A DNA stretch of 62,951 nucleotides, counting the filler, from Hyphochytrium catenoides (taxonomy: Eukaryota > Protista > Hyphochytriomycota): the NCBI GenBank assembly GCA_900088475.1. It is 9 parts of 9 records of this genome, joined end to end, with 100 filler letters (N's around TTAATTAATTAA, not from the genome) between each part and the next. Parts side by side here need not be neighbours in the genome. Positions count along the whole stretch, not along the records: positions 1 to 17,463 come from FLMG01001278.1; positions 17,564 to 31,112 come from FLMG01002891.1; 7 more parts are not named here. One strand, 5' to 3'. Shown here piece after piece: positions 13,886-24,700 of the stretch (the stretch's first letter is position 1; every line of letters begins with the position of its first letter). The notes beneath the pieces were generated by a model. That model was not told where the DNA came from. It ran no database searches and saw nothing but the letters and a program-made list of their open reading frames with translations. The translations under genes were made by a program, and so were the position numbers.

Positions 13886-15060
13886 AAGGATCAGAAGCAG
13901 GACCCTTACCCATGCACCTTCGATGACACACTTTATCCTTTCAACCCCACTTACCTCTGGGCGACCCCTTGTCTGTATTCTCTCAGATCGCTGAAAAACT
14001 CCTCAATCTGTCTTCTTTGACGGTGCTGCGCCAGCTTATTCATCCCTCACTGGCCCAGAGAGAACCTCAACCGCTGTGGACGGGTCAGTTCCTTCACCAG
14101 ACGCTGCTTCCTTTTCCGAAAAGACCGACTAGGCCATCAAACTCTCTTTCGCCTAACTTTGTACTTTAGGTCATAGTTGGAACCCTTCTCATTTGCTTTT
14201 TCGGGAGTAAGATCCCTGTTACCTTTCCTTCGCTCGCTCTTTCTTCTCTCCTCTCTCTTTCCCCTAGATCTTACACTGACTCTCTCCTCTCGTGTCCACT
14301 TGCTTCTTTGAAATCCTATTTGCTGTTTCTACCTTCCGTTCCCGTTCTGTCTCTGCGTCAATCTCCCACTCTTTGGTCCTAGGCATAGTCAAAGATGCTA
14401 CCAAGCTTTCCGGCCTCATTGTACACTTTGGGCCTCAGCCGCAGAGCAGAGAGGAAGCCGGGCGGAGCGGCCTTCTTATATCTCTGGTCGCACTTTTGCA
14501 AGAGTTGGAAAAGCAGGCAGGGAGAGCACAGGCTGCAGGTGCGTCAATACATGGCAGGGCGTGAAGAGACTTATCAAGGGCAGAGTTCGCCAGAAAGTCG
14601 TTAGTAAGAGAGGCGGTGCCTCACTTCTAAGACAAGGAGCTTTTAGATCATCGGAGGGACTCGGAAGACGGGCAGGAGGAAGAGAAGAGAGAAAGATAGA
14701 TGGATCGATAAACAGAGAGAGAGAGACAGAGAGAGAGAGAAGAAAGGCTTCCGTCAAGGCATCTGGTCAGGAGGAGTCTGCCTTGTTATCTCACGCCTCT
14801 ACGTCTCTTTCTGCGCAGACAAGTCTCTAGTGGAGCTTTCTGTTTTCTCTCTCGCTCAGCTTGTCAAAGATTGCGAGGCTAATCTCCGCCTCCTTCAGCA
14901 ATTGAACGGGACAAGACCAGGGGAAGAAGGATGGAAAGATGGAAACCCATCCTATCAGGTGTCTACGCTGTTAGAGAACATCAAGACGGAGAAGGGAGCA
15001 GATCAGGCGCTCATTGACATTATCCTTAGTAGACTCAAAATTCATGAGGAAGAAGCGTGA
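9744..15060 (+). CDS. N-terminal C4 Zn finger + MYND Zn finger + armadillo-like helical repeat protein (about 13 exons)
   Basis: Exon 1 CRDCGQLKILEHFRENQWGNPRPQCNSC; MYND split by an intron CTGC..SRCS|RCRAAYFCSQTCQKQGWKAHKEEC (about 11197-11540); ARM-like segments (LVRCGGLSTLLLLL, LGAVPRLLEAI, KGVPILLHLL, AGAIEVLLGFV, FVAEGGLRYVLQVL). Introns are GT-AG and in phase. Confidence 0.8.
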
Positions 15061-15241
15061 TTAGTCTCCCCATAGTGGAGAATACCTTGACAACTCCCTA
15101 AGAGAACACACACGGAGAGAGACAGACAGACAGAGAGAGAAAGCGAGAGAGAGAGAGTAGAAGATGTTGGCGTGGGGAAAGGAAGAGGGATCGGTCTCGA
15201 CTGGTGAAGATCAGGACCGTGTAGAAGGTCTTAACCTTTTT

Positions 15242-16947
15242 TTAATATATTGGATCATGGAAGTCATCGACTTCCGAAACAACTGACCGAGCATCTTGGA
15301 AGAGCTCCAACTCCTTGTCTTCCTTTCCCAGTCCATCTCTCTCCTGCGCGTCTAGTCTCTCACTTACTGCCCTGTCTCTTCTCTTGTCTTCTCTTTCTTT
15401 TATCTTGTTCGGAAAGGAAGACAGACCGAAGAGAGCGCTCAGTTCATCTAAAACGTATGCCATCTCTCCCATCTCTTCTGATGCTCTCCTATCTTCGGCA
15501 GGCTGTTGTCCTGCTGTCTGCCGCTTTTCTCTTGTTGGAGGAGCCTCTTCTGTAGGCCTTTTCTCTCTCTCTCTCCCTTCACTGCGAGACGTAGGAGAGA
15601 CTAGAGTTGCCGCAGATTCAAGGAGCGAAGAAAGAGCTTCTGACGTCCCAGAGACAGTCGCCTCCACAACCTCTCCTGCCGCGTGGAGAAAGCCTAAAAC
15701 TCCATCCAACTCTTTCCCTTTTTCTCTATATCTGCTTGTCACTGCTTCCTCTCTCTTCTTTTCCAAAGCGCTTCGCTTGTCTTTCTCTCTTTCGGTCTCC
15801 TTCGCAAGCCCTCTTCTTTCCTGCTCTGTCTCGTTGCCATTCAAGATGTTTCTCTCTGGAGAGTCCTTTCCATCGTTTAACTTATCCTCAGCTGGCCGTA
15901 CTTCCTTCTGCATCAACTTCTCACTTGCCTTCTCCTTCTCATTCTCTTTCACGCTCGTCCTCTTAGCTGATATGTCTCTCTGCTTTGGGTCCCCTTCCGC
16001 GGTCAGGGACTGACCAGAAAGAGTCTCAGGGCGTAGGTCGTCTTCCTTTTGACAAAGAAGAGAGAAAGAGCCTTCCTGGTTCTCAGGAATCTTAACGGAG
16101 CTCAGGCAAGATATTGAAGATTGAGAAGTGCTCTCCTGCCTTTCCTCCCGCGTTGCTTCCTGTCCCTGCGAGAGGAGACAGCTCCTAGTTAGACATCTTC
16201 GAATATTCTTATATTCCTCTGCTCTCTCCCTGTCTGTGTCTCTCTCCCTCTGTCTCTCCTCTCTCTGGCACTCTCTCCCTGTCTTTCTCCTTCTCTCTCT
16301 CTCTCTCTCCTCGTCCTCTCTCTTGTTAGCTCCTAACCCTCTCTCCACTTGGCTCTTCAGGATCAGCATTTCTCTTGCTCAATTTTAGGAGGCCTCCTGC
16401 ACTACTTCCCGTTCTACTGCTGCCTGCCACTGCTAGCGCCATCTACTTCCTACTCTATAGAACAGGCCTTACCTGGGGCAGGAGGATGGGAGGAGCAGCT
16501 CGCTGGTTATCTAGCTCGGTCTCTGTTCGCTGTTCCTTTCTCCTTTCCTGAGTGATTCTAATAGCTTCCAGTTCCAGAGATGACAGAGGACTCTTCGCAT
16601 GCTGGAGAGCGACCACCAGCGGGAGAGAATGAGAGACAAAGAGAAAAAAACGAGAGACTGCGTGAGTGAGAAAAGGTGAGAGAGGTAAGAGAGCGGAAGA
16701 AGGAAGGAAGAGAAGGCACAGAAAATAGTGGTTTTATTGGAAGTAGAAGAGAGGACGGGTTCCACTCGTCACATGGAAGAGAGAGCGGAGGAAAGAAATG
16801 AGAAAGTAGACCAAGGTCAGCGAAGAAAAGCATCACTTGGAAGAGAGTCAGATCCAGCAAAGATGGAGGTGAGTGAGAGAGCGAGAGAGAGAGAGACAGA
16901 CGAGAGACAGAGAGAGAGAGTGAGAAAGTGAGAGAGAGTGAGAAAGT

Positions 16948-16985
<38 letters not shown>

Positions 16986-16993
16986 GAGAGAGT

Positions 16994-17030
<37 letters not shown>

Positions 17031-17157
17031 TGTGTATCAGAGTGAGAGCGAGAGGAGGACCAGCTCACCTCCGTTCTCTTTTGATTCCTCCTCTCAAGAA
17101 TCTCGAGTTCCCTCTCCCTGCACTGGGCTGTGGACTTGTTATAGTTACCGAGGATTA
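15242..17157 (-). CDS. hypothetical charged low-complexity protein, 3' part (5' end cut by the contig end)
   Basis: Exons about 17157-17069 (..ELEILERRNQKRTE), 16602-16474 (HAKSPLSSLELEAIR..) and 16166-15242 (GQEATREE...DFHDPIY*) join in phase 0; the last exon is a long E/K/R-rich open frame. Confidence 0.6.
16870..17050. repeat. (AG)n microsatellite (intronic)
   Basis: Long imperfect AG tract, representative of dozens in the window. Confidence 0.9.
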
Positions 17158-17463
17158 CTGATTCGACATGGCTCTAGAGCAAAGAAAAGAAAAAAACGGA
17201 AAAAGATTGGGAGAGAGAGAGAAGGAGAGAGAAAGAGAGAGCCAAAGAAGTGCAGATAGAGAGGACGAAGAAAGACGAGAGGTAGTTTGAGTTCGCCATT
17301 AACCAGGCAACCAAAAACGAAAGCCAGAGAGAGGAAGAGAGAGAGAGAAAGCGTGTGCGTGAGAGCTAGATGAGAAAGAGAGAGGGAGAGAGATATACAA
17401 TAATTATCCCGGGGGCAGATGAGGAGAGAGGCAAGCAACAACGTGAGGGAGCAGGAAGAAACA

Positions 17464-17563
17464 NNNNNNNNNNNNNNNNNNNNNNNNNNNNNNNNNNNNN
17501 NNNNNNNTTAATTAATTAANNNNNNNNNNNNNNNNNNNNNNNNNNNNNNNNNNNNNNNNNNNN
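17464..17563. other. artificial contig linker (44N-TTAATTAATTAA-44N)
   Basis: Identical 100-nt spacer with stops in all six frames. Confidence 0.97.
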
Positions 17564-17588
17564 TGATTTTCCAATTGCTTCGCTGCAG

Positions 17589-18689
17589 GCGAGTGAGCGC
17601 GGAGCTAGGAAGAGATCTGCATAATGTCCGGGATAGACAGAGAGTCATGGAAGAGATGGAGAGTCGCGTTGCCCGCTTGCAGAAGGCTCTGCACGGGCTC
17701 CAGCTTGGGAAGGAAGAGAGTGAGAAAGAGTTATATAGCGGGAGACGGTCAACAAGCAGAGGTGGAAAGAGAGAGAGACCAAGCGGTGGCCTCGACTACT
17801 CTGCTCTCTCCTCTAAGAAGGTGATAGAGCTGGATCTGAAAGATCTTCAGCGACAAATGGAGGGACAGAGCTGTCCAAACTGCGGTGCTTCGTATCCTCC
17901 GAGCCTGATAGAGACACATCGCTTGCATTGTTTGACCAATAGGAACATACAGCCTTCTTTGCTCTCTCTCTCTTCTCCTTCTCGTCCGTCCTCCAGAGCT
18001 AGTCGCACACGGCGGACACCGCGAGTTCGAACTGGAGTTTCTTCGAAGGCTCGTCCAGCCTCTTCATCGTCTATCGCTTCTGGTGGGGAGAGTAGAGGAG
18101 GAGGAGTTATTGCGGAGACGACGGAGGAGCAGGCAGACGATGGAGAGAGAGAAGAGAAGCAGCGTATGGATGCAGTGTCTTCAGCATCGTCTGCTCCGGA
18201 CCTCTCCGCCTCACAGAATAATAGCATCACTCTATCAGATCCAGAGACAGAGGAAGTGGATGCAATGAGAGATGACTCTCCTCTGCCGAACTCCCACTAT
18301 CGAGAGCTCCTCGCCCAACTGAAGGCAGAAGAAGCACGACCAGGCACCGCGGCCTCTTCTGCCAGCGCCTTCAGTCTCCTGTCCGCCTCAGCCGTGCTCC
18401 GACCTCCGAATCCTCCTACAGACCTGCAGGTAGTCGCCGTCACCAGCTGTTCGGTCTCGCTCAGATGGAAGCCGCCTATCCTGGACGGCGGCGATGAGAT
18501 ATTTGACTATGTCATCACCTACTCCAAAGCTTCCGTGCAGCGGGTCGGGAAGCAGGTAGGCACAGAGCAACCTGCTGGCCACTTTGGTCTCCTCTGTCTT
18601 TCCCGTCCTCACTGTTAAGATGGTCGCTTTGGGACGCTGAGAGCGCGCGGCCTTCATTCTCGTTTTCTAATAAGCACCCAAGAGAGGGG

Positions 18690-18722
<33 letters not shown>

Positions 18723-21700
18723 GTGCGGCGTGGGAGAGAGAGGGGAGATGGGAGAGAGAGAGAGAGATATCTGGCTTTATTAGGTGTTCTCGTTGGCACG
18801 GTTCTTGCTTGCGTACTTATTACCGCCAATAATCTCTTTCCCGATTCCCTTCTCTCGCACATTGTCATTGCTCTGTCTCTCCTACTATCTTGATCTCACT
18901 CTGCTCCTTTCTCTTTCCTCCTTCCGCCCCTCTCTCTCTCGATGTTCTGTTCTATTTGTCTCCACTGCACTTCCTTTCCTTATCCAACATCTCTGGCTGT
19001 CAGGTGACACGTACGTTCTCGGAGGCTCGAGAAGAGGCGACCTCAAGGTGGATGCTGGTGGATCCCGTTCATCACATGGGAGCAGTGCTCTTCGGCCTGC
19101 AGGCGGGCGCAGAGTATGGGCAGATCTCAGTCACCGCCAGAAACAGTCAGGGAACAAGCGGGAAAAGCAATGTCGTGTCCCAAGTGAAGCTCCAGCGTAT
19201 GGGAAACCAGCCTTCTTCCTGTCTCTTTCTCTCTCATCCTCCTTTCTCGTTTCCCTCTCGTCGATGCGTATAATCATTCCCTCTCGCCTACCATTCTCTC
19301 TCGTTCTCTGTCTCGTTCTGCCTCCTTCGCTCTCTCTCTGTGTCGCTAAGCCCGCTCATGCTGCTCTCCCTCTCCCTCTCTCTTTCTTCCGACTCTCGCA
19401 AAGTACTAGCCTATGCTTTCCGCTTTCTTGTCCTCTGTCTCCCGGGTTCTTTCGCTTGCTGGCCTTCCCACCAACCTTCAGCTGGTGACAGAGTCTCTCT
19501 AGCTCCTGTGCCGCCCTCTTCGCCTCAATTTCTCAGGCAGGAGGACATAGGTCCCGACTTCATTGACTTCGCCTGGCAAGAGCCCTTCCTCCTCCACGGT
19601 TCTGGGATTCAGGAGTATATTCTCAGCTTTGACGCGAAGGAAAGAAGAGATTTTGCTAGCGCGGGAGCGAAGAGCTTCATGGAGGGCTCAGCTCTGTGTT
19701 CTAGGGTAGAGGTAACCATAAGCTGGCGCACTTATCTATGAGATGGGCGACTTGATGGTGGCCGAATCCCTTACCTGAGACTCTCTCTCTCTCTCTGAGA
19801 CTCTCTCTCTCTCTGAGACTCTCTCTCTCTCTCTGAGACTCTCTCTCTCTCTCTGAGACTCTCTCTCTCTCTCCTGGTGGACAGGCCTTCTCTCTCTTTC
19901 TCTGTCTTGTTTACCTGTCTTTCTTTGTCGCTCCCGTTCTATCTGTCTGACGATTGCTTGATTCCCAACAGATAAGGACGGGATCCGCCCAGACGAGGTT
20001 CAGACTGTCCGATCTCCTGGGAGACTGCACATACACGAACTTCTCTGTGGCAGCCGTGAGCACGGCCGGACTACTCTCTCCTCTCAGTAACGTCATTGCG
20101 TCTCTCAAAACGAAAGGTATTTCCCAGCTATTGCGCCTCCACTCTTTTCTCATGTTTCCCTCTGTCTGTTGAGCTTCGTTCTCTTCTGTCTCGCCTCTTT
20201 GTTCCCAAAGCACAGGTCGCTGCCTATTTTGGCCGGGTCCCTTCTCTTGACTTTGCCTAATTGGCGTCGTTGTCTTCTCTGAATCTCTCCTGCTTGTCGG
20301 CCGTCCAGGGAAGCCGAGAGATGAGATGCTGATGGAGGAATTGCAGTTCGCCGTCTCCAGCAGAGAGTCCTTTATTGATTCTGAGGTGTTCAACCACTTT
20401 GTCCAGCGCTACCCGCGGCTCGACTTCATCGAGCTGCTCCTGGCAGAGATCCGGTCTCGGTGCCCTTTCAGGCTGCAAGAAGCCCAGCGAATCGCGGAGG
20501 GAACCCCTTCTGCTGCCTGTAAGTTTTTCCTCCACTCCTTCGCGACAGCTCCGTCCTCTTCTTTTCCTAGCCGGTATTAGCGTCGTTACGTCTCTATCCC
20601 AAGATATGCCTTCCTTGGTGGTAACTAGTTCCTGCCCTTAGCAGATGACTGGACAGGCAAGTCGAGGATCGATCTGACTTCAAGAGAGAGCCAGGAGAGC
20701 CATCCATTGCTACGTGGCGGCTCTTCTTACAGCGATGCACGGCATGGAGAACATGAACAGGGAGAAGAAGATTCAGAGTTTAGGAGATTCCAAGTGCGGC
20801 GATCGCAGTTCAGGCACAGGATCCGCGTCTTGAAGCAGCAGATCCGGGACGTTCACTACAATCTTAGCTGGTGCCAGGGCCGTCAGGAGGAGATATCCAG
20901 GCAGATTCGCTTCTCCGAGGAGAGGCTGAGGAAGAATCTAGAGGAGAAAGAGAGAGCAACCAAGTTTGACGGGGAGTTCATGGTGAGCCCAGTCTCTCTC
21001 CATGTCTCTGTTTACCGCTGCGTCCACGCCTCTCCTGTCTCTTTCTTCTCCCCTGCCCATCTTAGCTCACCTTTGCCTTACTCGCTCTGCCTGTGTCACC
21101 ATCTCCAGGATTCAGACATCTTTCATGGGCAACTGCAGAGGTTTAACACGAAGGAGCTCGTTGTTCTGTTAGAGGAAGAGATAGACATAGAAAGACGATA
21201 CATCTCGAACGCCAAGAAAGAACTGATACAGGTAAAAGCTCAAGCACATAATTCAAGAAAGGCCGATGATGGCGATCACTGGTTGAGCTGGGGACAGAGA
21301 GAAAGGGTTGGGAGGCACAGATAGTGAAGAAAGGAGGCAACGAGACAGAGAGAAAGAGAGAGAGACAGAGAGAGAGAGAGAGACACACAGAGAGAGAGAA
21401 GGAGGAAGTTAGGGAGAGAGGAGAGAAAAGATGGAAGAGAGAGAGAAAGAGGGAAAGAGAGACAGACAGAGTGGATAATATGGAGTCAGCGCGCTTCTAT
21501 CCGTGTCTCTAACCAACGTCGGCTCGATATCTCATAGGTTGAAGACTATCGAGAGTCAGACCTCCTGGTGCTGGAGAAGAAAGAGGAGGACCTCAGGGAG
21601 AGGTACGCCGGTCTAAAGAAACTCCAGAACGAGGAGATGCGGCTGCAGAAGGGCGCGGAGCTCTTTCAGAAATCTGCTCAAACCCTTGTTTCATCCTGCT

Positions 21701-24700
21701 TTGAAGAGTGGAAATCTTTCAGAGAAGAGCGCATGAGACAGCGGAACATCGCGCGTGCGGTTTTTACGAGGATGATAGACATCAAACGGCTCTCAGCCTG
21801 GGCGAAGTGGAAGGGAGTCGTGGCCTCACTCAAAGCAGAAGGAATTCTCTGTCTCGGCGGAGGTACTACTTGTTTGTTTCTGCAGTCCCGCTAATCTCTT
21901 CATGTCCCATGGCTTCTTCTGCTGGCTCATTTTCTTGCTAGGGTTAAAGCCCAGAACCTAAGCCTTGCAATTGTCTCGCTTTAGAGTTTGATGCTCAAGA
22001 GCTGCACAAGCGGTTAGGTGCTAGGGAGTTGACCGGAGTTGGGGCCCTCGCCCTTAGTAGAGACACGCTCGTGCGGCAGGATATGGAGCTGAACGTACGA
22101 GATCTTCTTGAGGATATAGCCAGCGCCAAGGCAGCACTGTCAGCGTACAGCTCCGCTGTCATTGTTAAGGCAGAACTGCTTCCAGAGATGCTGAATGACG
22201 GGACGACCAAGGAAGAAGTAACTGTAGGAGAAGATGAAGCACCTTTGACCACTGAGAAGAGACGCGAAATTAGAAAGGGAGGAGGACTACGGCATGGAAG
22301 CCTCTTCAGGGACTGGGTGGAAGGCGACGCACATCTGAATAGCAAGCAGAACATCAGTCGAGCCATTGAGTGCTTTGACAGGCAACTAAGGTGCTCAAAT
22401 TCTCCTACTTTCTCCACTATTTCTCTCTCACTTTCTCTCTTAAGCACCTGGAGGAGAGGTCCCCGGTCCCATTCATCGAGCAGTCTTCTTTCCTCTGTCT
22501 CTCGTTCCTCGTGACCTTGATATCATCCTCATCAGAAGAAAGAAGTTCCACCTAACGTTCTAAGATATCTTCTGCTGCCTGGGCAGGAAACTCAAGGACT
22601 TGGAAGAATATAAGAGAGAGACCGTCCAGCTGCACATCCGTCTGGCACGAGCTCTTCAGCTAGGGAAGAAATACAGCGCCGCGATGGTTCACTTGGAGCG
22701 CGCCAAGCACCTCAGCATTACTTCAGGAGATAGCGCGGGCCAGGCAGAGAGCCTGCTGGCACTTGGGGAGCTTCTCATTGACGTCAGTAGGATATCTAAA
22801 GACCTAACACCCTGGTGCTCTTCGACCAATCTATTCATTCTACTTTCAACGCTTACTCTTCGCCTTAGTCTTGGCTTCTTGCTCTGTTGCCCCCCTCATC
22901 ATCTCCACCTCCTCATTCCTTTCTGTGCCTGCAGCTTAAGCAGTTCGCCGATGGTGTGAAGCAGCTGGAATCTGCTCTTTACATCTTTGACGGCCTCAAA
23001 GACAACGCAGGGAGAATCCACGCTTGCCGGAGCTTAGCCTCCGCCTATCAGGCACACAACGACGTTGCCCTCCAACAGCTCTATGAAAGTAAGGCAAGAG
23101 CCTTAGAGCGCGACAGCATTGGCCGCCTCAGCGCAGGTAAGCCCCTCCTGCTTAGCCCAGGAGAAATGCAGGGATACACTATCAGTGAAAGGCTCATCCT
23201 CTCTCTTCCACGTTCCCGTCAATACAGCGACCCGCAAGCTGGAGAGTCTTCAGAAGGAGCTTCTGACGAGAACCATCGCCGGAAGCTGCTTCAACTCCTT
23301 TTGCCTAGAGCGGGCGGCGGTGCCTGTGCCGCACCTTCGCCGTCTTCGGGTCGATAAGCTCATCGCCATAGCCAAGGCTCGGAGCAAGATCGACTTTAAT
23401 GACTCCATTATCGGGATGCATAGAAAGCGTATTGACGAGGCCCAAAACGATCTAGAAAAGGCTCAGAAATCAGGGAGAAAGTTCATTGAGTCTTCGGCGT
23501 TGACAGGCAATGCGAAGCGGTAAGAGAGCCATCCTTTCATCTGAGTATGACAAGAGCTTTGATGTGTCCAGCAGAAGGCCGGGCGGCGTTTCTCTCCTCT
23601 CACTTCCTCTCGCTTCCTCTGCGTAATCCTGTGACCGCGTTCGATCTCTTCAGGTATCTGGCCTCAGACTTCAAGCTCAAGATAGAGAAGGAGCTGAAGA
23701 GGATTCTGAGCGCAGAGGCAGAGGTGGCTGCAGAGACCAGAGCGATCGAAGGCGAGATCCACAACCTGAAAGACGATATCGCAGAGGTAAAGAGTCCTAT
23801 TATTCCATGTGAATGTAAGCCAAGGAGGCAACTGACCTTCTTCTCCACTAGCTCGAGAAGGAGTTGGCCCTTAACACTGCGCCGCTAATTCGGAAAGTCC
23901 TTCTGAAGACGAACTACCGGCTTGCCGCGCTCAACGCTGTCAATAGGCGGGTCTTTGATGTCCTCGCGAGAAATGCGGGTGCTGCCACCGGTGCCACGCA
24001 AACCGTTGTCGCTACTTTCGGAGCCGTTCTTGGCGTGTATGATCTCTTTTCTGGAGTCTGTCTGGATCTGAGCGTCTCATCTCTACCTTCGTCTCTGGGT
24101 CATACGAAGACGATCACTTGCGTTTTTCAGTATAGAGATAGGGTTATCACTGGGTCTGCAGACGAATCTATCAGGCTCTGGAAGCTGAAAAGAGAAGCAG
24201 GAGGGGCCTTCGTACTGCAGCTAGAGGAAGGAAAGAGGTCTATTCTCAGCGGTCATGAAGCGGCTGTCACTGCACTAACATGTGACGATAACGTCATCGT
24301 CTCGGGAGATGCGGTCTGTGAGCTTAGGGTATGGTCGGCGATGTCTTTAGAAATTCTGCAGATTATCCCTCGCGCTCATTATCGGAGCATCACCGCTATG
24401 TATCTCTCAGAGGGTGGAGAGAGCTTAGCTACGGGGAGTGCGGATGGCATCGTCAGATTCTGGGCGGTAGATGTCAAGCAGCTGCAGAGCCACCATCAAA
24501 CTCTCAAGGAGAATGAGATCCGAGAGGCACGGGAGGCGAGACTAGCCCGGCGAAAAAGTAAAGCAAAAGAAGCTTCTAATGGAGCCGCAGCTCGTGAGAC
24601 TGACGATAAGAGGGATAGGAGCAACGTAAAGTCATCAGAAGAGAATGCCCAGATGGACGGGAAGAACGAGGAAACAGACAGCGAGAGAGAAGAATCTGAT

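Noticed and set aside
15315-16013. 232-aa Ser/Leu/Phe-rich + strand ORF
   Set aside because: Antisense shadow of the E/K/R-rich minus-strand exon.
17508-17519. Recurrent TTAATTAATTAA as a biological repeat, CRISPR-like array or piggyBac site
   Set aside because: Always centred in exactly 44+44 N with six-frame stops, so it is a synthetic linker.
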